From Lama glama (taxonomy: Eukaryota): a DNA stretch of 64,000 nucleotides. Shown here in pieces: positions 1 through 10,504 of this stretch. Position numbers and translations under genes: made by a program. The DNA lies in the NCBI GenBank assembly GCA_028534125.1, contig CM052817.1, forward strand, positions 32,736,001-32,800,000, in the 5' to 3' direction. The notes beneath the pieces are model-generated. The model worked only from the letters and a program-made list of their open reading frames with translations. It ran no database searches and was not told where the DNA came from. Position 1 is the stretch's first letter. Every line of letters starts with the position of its first letter.

Positions 1-99
1 GACACTGGATTCTTTCACCTTGCAACAAAATCAAGGTTTGAAATGCCTTTTGTTATTTGAACATACTCTCTTGTGTATCAAGAAAAGTCTAGAAAGTAT

Positions 100-537
100 T
101 ATTGGGAGGAAAACTTTTTCTTTACCAACTTAGGTTGAAGTAGTTGGGAGAGGGGGGCTGTGAAATAAGACAGATTAATAGGAACAAAGATTATTATACA
201 CAAATGCAGGAGCAAGGTATAAGGACTAAGGCTCTATATGCCAGCTTAATGAGGGGTGGGGGAGGGTATTAAGGCTGCAGTGGGAAAGTGTGGAAGGTTC
301 TCATAGGAAGTATTTACAAAATTCCTTGGCAGGTCCTGCTGCCAAGTCAGGCTCCACCCTAAAGAAAGCTCCCTGAGAGAGGAGTTTATGGCAGCTGAAT
401 TCTCAGAAAGACCTGCTTTACTCATCAAAGGGAAGTTTAGAGAAGGCTTTTTTTCCCTTCTCTTGCAGCTATTGTTTGTCCAGATGTCCTCAGTTTAAAA
501 TAGTCTTTATATCATTTTAGTGGGGTTAGTCCCTTCA
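100..537 (-). mobile_element. Degenerate 3' LTR of the MER34-type ERV1 provirus
   Basis: Minus strand starts tgaagggactaaccccactaaaatg...gactattttaaactgagg after a short purine run (agggaaa) and ends ...ctattaatctgtctt...gaaaaagttttcctccca. This resembles recalled MER34/MER39 LTR termini and lies directly 3' of env. Confidence 0.7.
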
Positions 538-2075
538 TTTCCCTGCATGTAACTTGTCACGAAGTTTCACAGGCAAGGAGCTGGAGAGACTGCTGTGGAG
601 AGACCTGGCTTAGAAGTTGGGAGGTAAGAGAACTGTGAACAAAAACACAGATAACGAGGATAAAGGAGTATTACAGAACAAATCCCAACACATAGCCCCA
701 TCTCTCCCTGCACCAGCCTCTCATTCTCAAGAATAGGTCCCTCCAAATAAACCATGCTTCACCATTCGACCTAGATTGTTGACATGTTCTTTCAAACAGT
801 TCAGGTTGATACTGTGTCTTTTCCTGAATTATTCACATACAAGCAGCATTGTATGCCAGTGACGGCACGCTGTGTTCCTTGTTGGGCAGCCCACATAGCC
901 AGGAGATGATGATGTTGGAGCACAGATGTGAAATGGCCGACCCAATCGGTGTGCTTTCGAGGTCTGCAGGGTGGCAGTGAATACTTGTTCCATTACTTTG
1001 GAAATGTTCAGAATTGCTTCTTCTAGGTCAGAAGTTCTCAAATTTGGAAAGAGTGTCTTTATTGAATTAGAATTGCAATGCATGGGCAGATTGCCTATGA
1101 TGTCTTATCGGGTGCATCTATGTGGAGCCCAGGTTTGTAGCATTTAATGTGGGGTACCTTGTGGGGGAAGGTGTCAGGTATCCAAGTCCACATCGCCCTG
1201 ACCATTTAGGTGGGAACTCTTTATATATCTTATTGCCACATAAACAGACCAGAGACAAGGTAACAGAGAAGGTCAGAGTGGAGACTGTGACCTGTCAGGT
1301 TGGAGTTCAGTGTCCGTGGTGGCCTTTGTCATTGGTTCTGTTGGCATCTGTACATCTCAGTTTCCCACGTGTCTCTGTCAGGCTGTAAGAGCAAAATAGG
1401 TTGCGAAGACCAGCAGTCTGCTTTGGCAGCTATCAAGATAGGAATTGTTCCCAGACCGAGTCATGCCAGAATTTTGGTCTACACATGTGTAGCCTTGGGT
1501 ATCAGGCAGACCAACTGAGGGAACAGCTGAGCTATTCCAGGTCACATCTGGGTGGCATGCAAACCAGGAATACTGTCCAGTGCCTAGGCAAACATCTGTA
1601 TTATTATAATCAGCCTTGAATTCATTTATAACATCTGTGGAGGGTTTGAAGGTGCCATCTATGGAATCAAACCAGTGTTTGATTACAGTATTGTTTTGGT
1701 ATGTTGCCTAGGAAGGGTCCAGTGTCGTTTCTATTTTCAATGCAAAGAGAAAAATTCCTCTCCAGCAGCCTCACCTGAGTGAAGGATAGACCTTGAGCTT
1801 CCATGGGAGTGCCCCAGTGCCAAACCACCCTGCCATACATAGGAGGCAGGGTGCCTTTCCTACAGCCACTGTCCGGAATGGGTTTACCAGGTGCTTGCAC
1901 TGGCATGAATGGAAACTAGTTCGGGTTCGTGCGTGTTGTTTAGATGCTGACATAACCAGCAATCAGACTGATGAGTTAAGGTGCCAGGGTTTGGAAGATT
2001 GGTGGGGGCTGAGCTAAAATTGTTGAGAAAGCAGAAAAAGTTGGCTAGAACAACACAATTTGAAAGGGAGCCCAT
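495..2075 (-). pseudogene. ERVMER34-1: Disabled orthologue of the endogenous retroviral envelope gene HEMO (MER34 env), with many stops and frameshifts
   Basis: Minus-strand frames give collinear matches to human HEMO as recalled: MGSLSN start (ATG 2075, context ccactATGg); LTHQSDCWLCQHLNNTHEPELVSIHASASTW*; WHWGTPMEAQGLSFTQVRLLERNFSLCIENRNDTGPFLGNIPKQYCNQ; WFDSIDGTFKPS; TWNSSAVPSVGLPDTQ; LFPNLRTSDLEEAILNISKVMEQ; QCCLYVNNS; WGYVL; SPQQSLQLLACETS*QVTCREMKGLT. Stops at 1884-1886, 1105-1107, 557-559 and elsewhere. Confidence 0.93.
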
Positions 2076-2294
2076 AGTGGAGGAGCAGAGGGAGGGCTGG
2101 TGAAGGCAAGCAACCTCCAGCTAATCTTTCTATAATTGTAACAGGAGGGGTTCTGTTTAAATTTCTAGGTTCAGAGACTTTTCCAGGTCAGGGAGAGGAA
2201 AGGTTTCTAGGGGACATAAATGGAGACAAAATTCCTGATGAGAGATCTTGGGTAAAGCTGTCTGTTTCATGGCATTGCCTGCTTCTGGAGCCTG

Positions 2295-2525
2295 AGCAAG
2301 CACTGAAAATCTTCAGTTTGAGGTCACTGATAGGGATGGGTTTCTAATTGTCCTGGGGGTGATGATCTGGATCTAGCATGGTGTCTCCTGTGAATCCAAG
2401 AGGACTTTTATTCTAATGACAGTGTAGATGTAAGTTAGTGGTCCTTCCTAAGGCCTCTCCCAGAGAGGTGGCACTGTATGTTTTCTTCGAATACTCATCT
2501 CTTGGAAGAAAGGGATGGCAAGGCC
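2295..2525 (-). mobile_element. Remnant of ERV1 pol (integrase C-terminus)
   Basis: Minus-strand fragments EGP, SWIH (2401-2390) and PQDN*KPIPISDLKLKIF (ending ~2305) resemble the GPY..WIH..DLKL end of gamma-type integrase, in the expected position upstream of env. Confidence 0.65.
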
Positions 2526-2949
2526 TGTCAGTGAAGACCATGCTTCAGTGACAAATATTAACACTGGTACCATCAATGCCAAGGTTAGATTTGAATTCAC
2601 CACTTGTGCTCTGAGCTGTGTAAAAATATCACAAAGGTGCTTAAAATGAAAGGAAATTTTCTTTTGGTTCAGCTGTGACTCCAGACAGGATCCAAAGAGG
2701 AGTTCTACAATCTCTTCTCTGGGTTTTATGGAGACTTACTTTACCTGTGTTAGCCTCTTAAGGCACTGAGTCAGCCTTAAAAGGACACAGGAAAGGGCGA
2801 TCTGGGTTTTTCACAAAGTTCTCTACGATTTCCTGAACTCCTCTCCCGTCAATACACCTGGACCTCAGCAGTTCCTTTAACGAGTCCGAAAACCCACTAG
2901 AAGCAGCTGTTCTGCTTGTGAACATCCGTTTCCTTTGTTAAAGGAGAGC

Positions 2950-3800
2950 TGGATTCCGGCCTTTGCTCCAAGCACGTGCCTGGAAACGCTCTGGTGGCCA
3001 TTGGCCACGTACTCGGGCCCGGGTCATTTCACGTCACTCAAGGACGGACATACCTGTGCTTAGAACTCAGGCCGCTGCACCGCAGACGTCGGAGACAAAC
3101 TCCCAGGCCCACAGTGGGTCCGAGATCCGCTCTTACTGCCGCAGCCGGGGTCGGGCCCCGAACCCGCTACAAAGTAGCGGCGGCTGCGCCCTGGGGAAAA
3201 AGCAAAGCACAAACTTGTTACTGCGCGGGTCCTGCCCTCCGGGAAGCCTCCGAGCGACCCGCGCGGCGTGTGTGCCTCACGCGGCCCCGGGACGAGCACA
3301 ATCGCCCGCCCCACCCGGGCCGCCGAGGGCTGCTCTACCCCTGTGTTCTGGCCGCCGGGAGCAGCGGAGCTCCGGGCGGGCAAAGCTCGAAGGCATCCAG
3401 CCTTACTCGGGCCCCTCAGACCCGCCAGGGGCCCACCCTGCCGGGAGAGACCGAGAGAGCCGAAACCAAAGTAACACTCACAGCCTAACTCGCTGGGACA
3501 GAGACCCCGACCCGCAGAGACCGGGCAGGCGGGGTGGGGCCGGGAGGATGGCTGCGGGGCGGGCAGCCAATCCCTGGGAAGGTTGGGGAGGGGCGGGGCA
3601 GGAGGAGGGCTTCGGGGCGGGGCGGGAGGTGGGCGGGGGGGCAGACAGCCAGTCCCCGGGAAGGTTGGGGCAGGGCGGGGAGGGGCGGCGAGGGGCGGGC
3701 CCCTTCTAACTTGCTGCGGCGGGAGAACTAGCTGACCGTACCTGGAGCCTCAGGGTGTCAGCGTGGGAACCGGATTTATCTGGTGCCTCCCCAGGCCTGG
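2950..3800. promoter_or_regulatory. CpG island promoter, likely the non-LTR HEMO promoter firing on the minus strand
   Basis: The only dense CpG island in the window. It has several GGGGCGG GC boxes at 3530-3700 and CAGCCAATC at 3564, no TATA box, and lies upstream of env. Confidence 0.85.
3054..3190 (-). other. Predicted 137-nt non-coding exon of the HEMO-locus transcript
   Basis: Minus-strand acceptor gtaacaagtttgtgctttgctttttccccag| (AG at 3192-3191) and donor cag|gtatgt (GT at 3053-3052). Confidence 0.55.
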
Positions 3801-4929
3801 ACGCCTGTGGATATGGTTCTCCCAGGCCAACGCTCTTTCCACGGCTCTCCTAGCGAGGCCATAGCCCTTATCCTCTCCTCAGGCCAGCGCCTGGCCCAGG
3901 GCTCCAGGTCACACAGCCCCCTAGAACGCTGAGCTGCTCTTGCCTGTGCCACATTTTTATTCGTTTTGAGTGCCTACAATGTGCCGTGCACCTTTCTATT
4001 CCTCAAAAGACCGAAACAAAGGCCTTTAACATTCTAGTGCAAAACAAAAAAGTCAACATGTAAATATAAAATAATGATAAGTGGTAAGGAGAAAAACCTG
4101 TATATTTATTTCAATGTAGAAAACTAAAGATAGAAAAGTCTTTTCTGTGAGCAAATGTCCCTTCTGACACAAGAAACAAAGAAGCAAACTCATCATGACT
4201 GGAGTTACAGCGTCGGAAACTACATTTCACTGCAGAAATGACTAAATATGATGACAGGCTCTTTTACCAGGAGGGCTGTCTGGGTGGTGCCCTGCGCACC
4301 CGAGTAGGGTCTGTTTGGATTCATATTTGGTAATGCACAGACCAAGGTGGACAAGGACCATCTCCCGGGGGTGCGGACACATGGTCCACAGACCTAGTGG
4401 CAGTCACTAGTGAAAGGATACTCATGAAGGAGGCTATCTATCATGGAGATGGGACACTGGTCTTTAAACAGGTTCCCAGCCCCTCGTCTCCCAGCCCCTG
4501 AATCAGCCTGCAGTGTGCTTTATCCTTCCCGGCTGTCTGCCAGCTGAGGGGACACCTTCCCCGAAGCAGCACCACTCTGGCTGCTCTGGTCTGGGCTCCA
4601 GTTGCAGTGGCCTCCTCAGCCCTCCCCAGGCCATTCTTTATTTTTTGTTTCCTGCCTCTTCGATGACTTTTTCTCTCTCTTTTACGCTTCAGTCTGGCTC
4701 AAGAAATGGGTGTGACCACTACTCATATTGCCCTTTGCTAATGTTGATTCACCACCCCATTTGTAACTAGGTTTACTTCATTGATATCTCTTTTCCTCCC
4801 TCTCCCTTTTAAATTAATTTTACATTTTCTTTCCCCCCAAGCAACTTTTACCTTCCAACATATGTATGTTTTCACAGTATAGTTGAATGAGGCCAGGGGT
4901 GCAGGGAACTCAGTGATTGTGAAATAAAG

Positions 4930-5490
4930 TGGAAAGAGAGAAATACTCAGTCTTTGGAAGCAATTGCCTCATGCTGGGATATATTCGTTCATTTATAGAA
5001 TCCATATATTGAGAACTACCATATACCAAGCACTGTGGTAGACCTGGAGGTAAACAGCTGGCAACAAAACATGAATCTTGCCCTTGTGGATCTTTTAGTC
5101 TAGTGGGTAAAACAGACATAATACAAGAATCATATTTTTAAAATGTGAAATTACCACTTAAAGGCTTAGAGGCCAAAGACTCAGCTGTGAGGTTAAGAAA
5201 GGGATGATTAAGTAGAAAATTGAAGATGAATTTATGAGGCAAAGGAAAGGAACTTGGGGGTTTAGTTCCAGGTAGAGGGAAGAGCATGTGCAGAGTGTGA
5301 ACTCCAGGAAAGAGGCCAGTGCATTCATGAAAATACTGTGAGTTCTGCACAGAAAGCCAGGGGTGAGTGTGGAAAGAGATTCAGGACGTGGTATGATACA
5401 TACTGGGCTGGTGGGTAGGGGGCTAGTGTGGGTTACCGGGAGATGCTGGGTGGCTGCCAGATCATTCCAGACCTTGCAGACCATGTAAAA
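4930..5490 (+). mobile_element. L2 LINE fragment
   Basis: cattta...tatattgagaactaccatataccaagcactgtggtagacctgg...cttgcccttgtggatcttttagtctagtggg...ttccaggtagagggaagagcatgtgcagag. Strand is the orientation in which the motif reads; L2 sense is probably opposite. Confidence 0.65.
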
Positions 5491-5527
5491 ATTGCCCATA
5501 CATGGTACTTACTAAAAATGTGCTGTA

Positions 5528-5712
5528 ATAGATTAACAATGAGGACATATACTGCATAGCACAGGGTACTAGATTTGATTTCTTATAATAAGATATAATG
5601 GAAAAGAATCTGAAAAAAAATATGTATATATACATATAACTGAATCACTTTGCTGTATACCTGAAACTAACATTATAAATCAACTACATTTCAATAAAAA
5701 ATAAAAATAAAA
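5528..5712 (+). mobile_element. L1 3' end (cetartiodactyl-type), 5'-truncated
   Basis: atagcacaggg...aatggaaaagaatctgaaaaa...taactgaatcactttgctgtatacctgaaactaac...caataaaaaataaaaataaaaa. Confidence 0.85.
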
Positions 5713-8209
5713 ATTTTGTTGTATACATACATGTCAGTAAAAAGTTGATGTTGGCAAGGTGTTCAGCCCAGCATGTTAAAGATAATAAGAGATAGCTTTT
5801 ATTGCACACTTAACTATGTGCTCTGAACTCCTTGAACTGCTCTAACAGATTATCTTATTTAATCCTTTCAGCTACCTGCTGTGTACAGTAGGCACAATAA
5901 ATTTTCTCATTTTGCACCAGAGAATCCACGTATTGCTGATGTTTTCTGAGAGCGGTTCTACTCCCAGTCGAACAGTTTAGATGGCTGGTGAACATATTAG
6001 GAATTGTAAGCACATCCAAACAGTGTAGCAGCTAGTGCGTCAAGTTCCTCCCCAACGCTTGTACACACACACAAACTCAGGGAAGGAAACTGAAATCAGC
6101 TGCAATGGCCAGATGGTGGACACAGGATGGCAGCATGGAATTCTCAATTTCTGTAACTTTGAAGGTGTTTTCCTTAAAAGTGCTTGTGGGATTTCAATTA
6201 GAACTCTGGAAAAAACCCAGAATTATGTTGACAGCCATATCAGAAGTTGCATGTTGACCAGCTGAACCTAAACAATAGTACTTGCTGTCCTGTAGCATTT
6301 GATGACATTGGATTTGAAATATGGTTTTTCCTTTAAAAAATTCTTTTAAATGATTTCATGTTATCCATTATGCTTAGCAGTCAATGTACTCTATGAAAGT
6401 ACTACATAAATTATACTTGGTTGGTCAATTAAACTAATTAGTCTAAGATATTTATTTGAAAGTATGGCAAAAATGGACTGTTTAATTCAGTTAGAGCACA
6501 CTGAGTGAAGAGACAGACTTGCTTCTTCTGTAGCACAGTTTTAGAGAGACTGCTTCAGCTGAGTCCTGTTCTATATCAGAAATGGAGCACAAAGCCCTCC
6601 GGGTTCTATTTCTGGCTCTACCACAGGCTTTGCTATTATACCCAGAGCAAGATGGAACCTGTTACTTTTTTTCCATCAGCAAAATGTAGGCAATGCTTTT
6701 AGCCTTTTTCACAGAAGTGGCAGGATTAATGAGAGCTACAAATGACCTTGACCTGTTTTGTAACTGCAAATGCATTTTTATTGTCATATTTTCATGAAAA
6801 ATGAAAATCAGCTGTTTTTTTTTCCTGATGAGTATGTATTAAGCTAAAATTTTAAAGTCTGGAATATGTCCTTTATCAGCTGCTCTTTAAAATTCCAGTT
6901 TCTAAATTTAAACAAAAAGAGAGTAAATCTTTCAAGTGATAATCAAAACAGTAGGAAGGCAGTGAAAGGTTTACCTTGTAAATTGGGCATTTGTTTTTTC
7001 AAAACTCTTATTTTTCTGGAAGGATGGTCTCACTTCTATTCATGCACATAATTGGGCAACAGGCCCTGACTGAGCACTGACTCTGTGTTGGGCTCTGGAC
7101 TACGCGCCAGGGATACAAAGATGATCCAAACATAGTCCTGACTCTCCAAGAATTCATGGATGATGGCCGTACAGTAAGTGATGTGGTCAAGGTAGCACCA
7201 GGTACTGTGGAGTCAGAAATGAGAAATCAAACCCAGCCCAGGAAGAGTTCTAGGAGGAAGGCATCCTTCCTCGGGTTGCCATGTCCCAGAAAAGATGGAG
7301 GTGGATGACATGGAGGTATAGGTGGAATTAAGAATTTTGAACCAGGCCCAGATCCAGACCAAAAGGCTTTGTGAAGCTAACCTTGTGCTTTATGAGGAAT
7401 AGTGAGACACGGGATCTGGAGAGGAAGGAAAGGAAAGTTCTGCAGATGTTACAGAAAATATCAGGTGTTTAGACTTAGGGGCTTAGACGCAGCGCTCACC
7501 CCCTTTTGTGATGGGACATTGTTGGCACCTTTTAAAAATCAGAGTTAGAGAATCAGGGCTAAGGGATGAAAAAGGGTCCATTCACTAAAATTCACTTATA
7601 ACAAATACATCAGGGAAAAATTGTGTGTGTGGTATTTTTACTATTTTAGAGGAGGTTTATGGTTTCCCAACAAGCTTCATTTATTATAAGCATATGCTTG
7701 TATAGACATGTTGCGGAAGGAGCCTGATTGACATTAATCCCTAACGTGTTGATGGGGAGGTTTTTTTTGTTTGGTTGTCTTTGAAGTGAAGATCAGAGGT
7801 GATTCTTCCTCACCCACAAGACTTTGATGTTTTCCTGTCCTCCTGCTCACAGCCAGGATATAAACACCAACAGACACTGGCAACATTCACAATCACTTTA
7901 TGACTAGGTGAGAAATTTGTTAAGGAAAATATAATTTGTTACTGCTCAGTGTGGCTTTGAAGTGTTTCTGGGCACCCTGGAGGAAAGCTAGTTCCAGAAC
8001 AGAAGCATTAACTTCCATTAACAAACAAAGTCTATGTAAAAAAAAAAATGGTTTAACTGACTGCAAATGAATGTACCAAAATGGCAAAAAAAAAAAAAAA
8101 AAAAAAAAGAAAGAAAAACCAAAGGACTTGCTTTGGTACAGTTGGTGCAGGAGCTTATCAGGATGTGAGTCTGATTGCTGGGAATGGTGGGTGGAGACTG
8201 AGGCTTTGG

Positions 8210-8400
8210 GGCTGGACATGCTCAGCTTGGAATGTTGGCTCTGTTATTTACAAGCTGTGTGCCCTCAAAGAAATTACATCTAATAACATCGCAGTTTCCT
8301 CAGTTTCCACAAAGACGATATTTGTGTTAGGATCAACTGCAATGGCATAGTTAAGGTGCCTAATATATAAGTACATGCTCAAAATGGTAGATGTATTGAT
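8210..8400 (+). mobile_element. MIR SINE
   Basis: ggctctgttatttacaagctgtgtgccctc...cagtttcctca MIR core. Confidence 0.55.
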
Positions 8401-10504
8401 CTTGAGCAAAATAGTCATTTCACAAAATATTAACTCTGAAGTCTCAAAGGATATGACATCAATTTAAAATGTGCTAAATGCCCCAAATGCCCTACCTTGC
8501 CCAGCTCTTCCTGGTATAATGTTGACTTATGTGTTTCATCGTGGCCATGGAAGGCCAGATGCCAGACAGGACTTGTCAAAGGTATAAATGAAACCTGGTA
8601 GAAAACCTGAGGTCTAATTTATTCACACATATAACTACAATGACATCTATGATTTCTGGATATTTCTGGCTCTCTCTTACAAATATTATCCTCTCCTTAA
8701 TTTATAACCTGATATGCATGGAAGAAGGTAGACGTAGTGGTTTAATCAACAGAATGATCCTCCAATCTCTGATTGTCCTACTGGCCATAAAAGCTTCAGG
8801 AGAAAAGAACAGGAGATTGAAAAGGGAAGGAAACCCCTGCCTGGCCCATCAGAAAAACAAAATTCATCCATGTGTCCATCCATTATCATGTTTTAAACAG
8901 AGGGGACACTGTGTTAAGCAGACAACTACCCTCCTAGAGTTTGTAAGCTACGATTCACAGGGATGGCTGAATTCCTAGCCAGTTTTCCCTCACATCAGAG
9001 CAAAAGAAGAACACTCCATCGCAAATAAATGCTTATTCTAGAAAATTTGGAAAATACACAAGTAAATTAAGAAAATGATGATCGTCTTTAATCTATTTCC
9101 TAGAGCTCATCACCATGAACATTTTGGTGTATTTCTTTAAGGTCTTCTTTGTTTGTGTCTAACAACAGTGAAATAATGCAGTACATAATTTTAGGTCTTG
9201 TTTTATTAATTGTTTAACATTATATCATGAGCAATTTCCTATGCTATTAAAATTCTTTAAAAAAATATGACTTTCAGTAGTTACTTGATGTTCCATTCTG
9301 TGGATCTATTAAATTAATTTTTGCTAAACATTTAGACCATTTATTCCTTATTTTTTTGCTTTTAACTAATACAAAAGTAACATCTTTAAACTTTTTGTAC
9401 CTGAATCTCCTTAGGGTTTTTCCTTAGACTTCTAGAAGTGTAATTTCTGGGTCAATGGACAGAAAAGTTTTGTGGCTTGTGCCAAATTGCTTTCCAGAAT
9501 AGAAAAGATTCCACTCTAGAACACCTGGAAAAATTAAAAAAATACTTAAGCTCAATGTTTGATGTCATGCATATCAATCACAGCGCCATATCTGGCTGAA
9601 CAATGGTGTCTCCTTATTGGTCAATGTTTGGACACAAGCTTTTTAGATGATAGGTTTTGAGAGGATAACTCTGAATGAGCCATGCTGAAAATAATGGACC
9701 TTTTTTGGATGTTTTTCTCTTTTCTTCCCCTTTTCTTACAGCTCACCTTCATCATTTCTTTTCCTATTCATTTTACTTAGAGCATTTCAAACCCTCCACT
9801 CCTACTCCATGACTCCACTTGTGCTGGTAACCCCTGGTAACAACCTGGTGTGTGTCCTTGCATGACTTTCCTCAGGCTCACATAATCAGATACACATGTA
9901 TGCACACACAGTCATGCAAGCACACATAGTCTTATCATTATATAGAAATGCTATATCATAATCACTTCCACGTAAAACAAAGTAGTGTCTCTGGTGGTGA
10001 GTTGAGCAGTGGCTTTCTGGGAATCATTCCTAGAGGTCCAGCTTAGAGCCAGTTACTCTAGCTCTTTCCACGGTAACTCTGGCATTAAGTTCCTTTCTAA
10101 TTAAAACAACTAGAGTGGCGCCTCTTTTCTGCACCTGAACTCTGACCTTATTCAAATACTCTCCCCTCAAATCCCATGATTAATATATGTCATTGCTCTT
10201 TAAAATTCTTCCATTACGATGGGTATTAAGTGATATTTTTGTGTTGTGTAATTTTGGATATGAGTCTAAGCATATTTTTTTCTTTTTTTATCTTTGCCAT
10301 TGATGTGAATTGCCTATTCGTATCTTCTGCCTATTTTATTTTGGGTTGTCTACCTTATTCTTATCCATCTTAAGAGATCTTAATGTATTTTAAATTCAAA
10401 GTCTTTGTCTTTATTAACAGTAATTCTCACCCTCAATCCCCAAATGTCTTGCTTTTTAAATGGACTTTGTTTCCTGGATATAGTCAGGACATTTGATGTA
10501 CAGT

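Noticed and set aside
495-2075. Intact syncytin-like fusogenic env
   Set aside because: Multiple stops and frameshifts, a stop at the furin site and loss of the first Cys of CX6CC.
2963-3709. 248-aa and 170-aa plus-strand ORFs over the CpG island
   Set aside because: Non-ATG starts and Arg/Gly/Pro/Ala-rich composition, as expected from stop-codon scarcity in GC-rich DNA; no recognisable domain.
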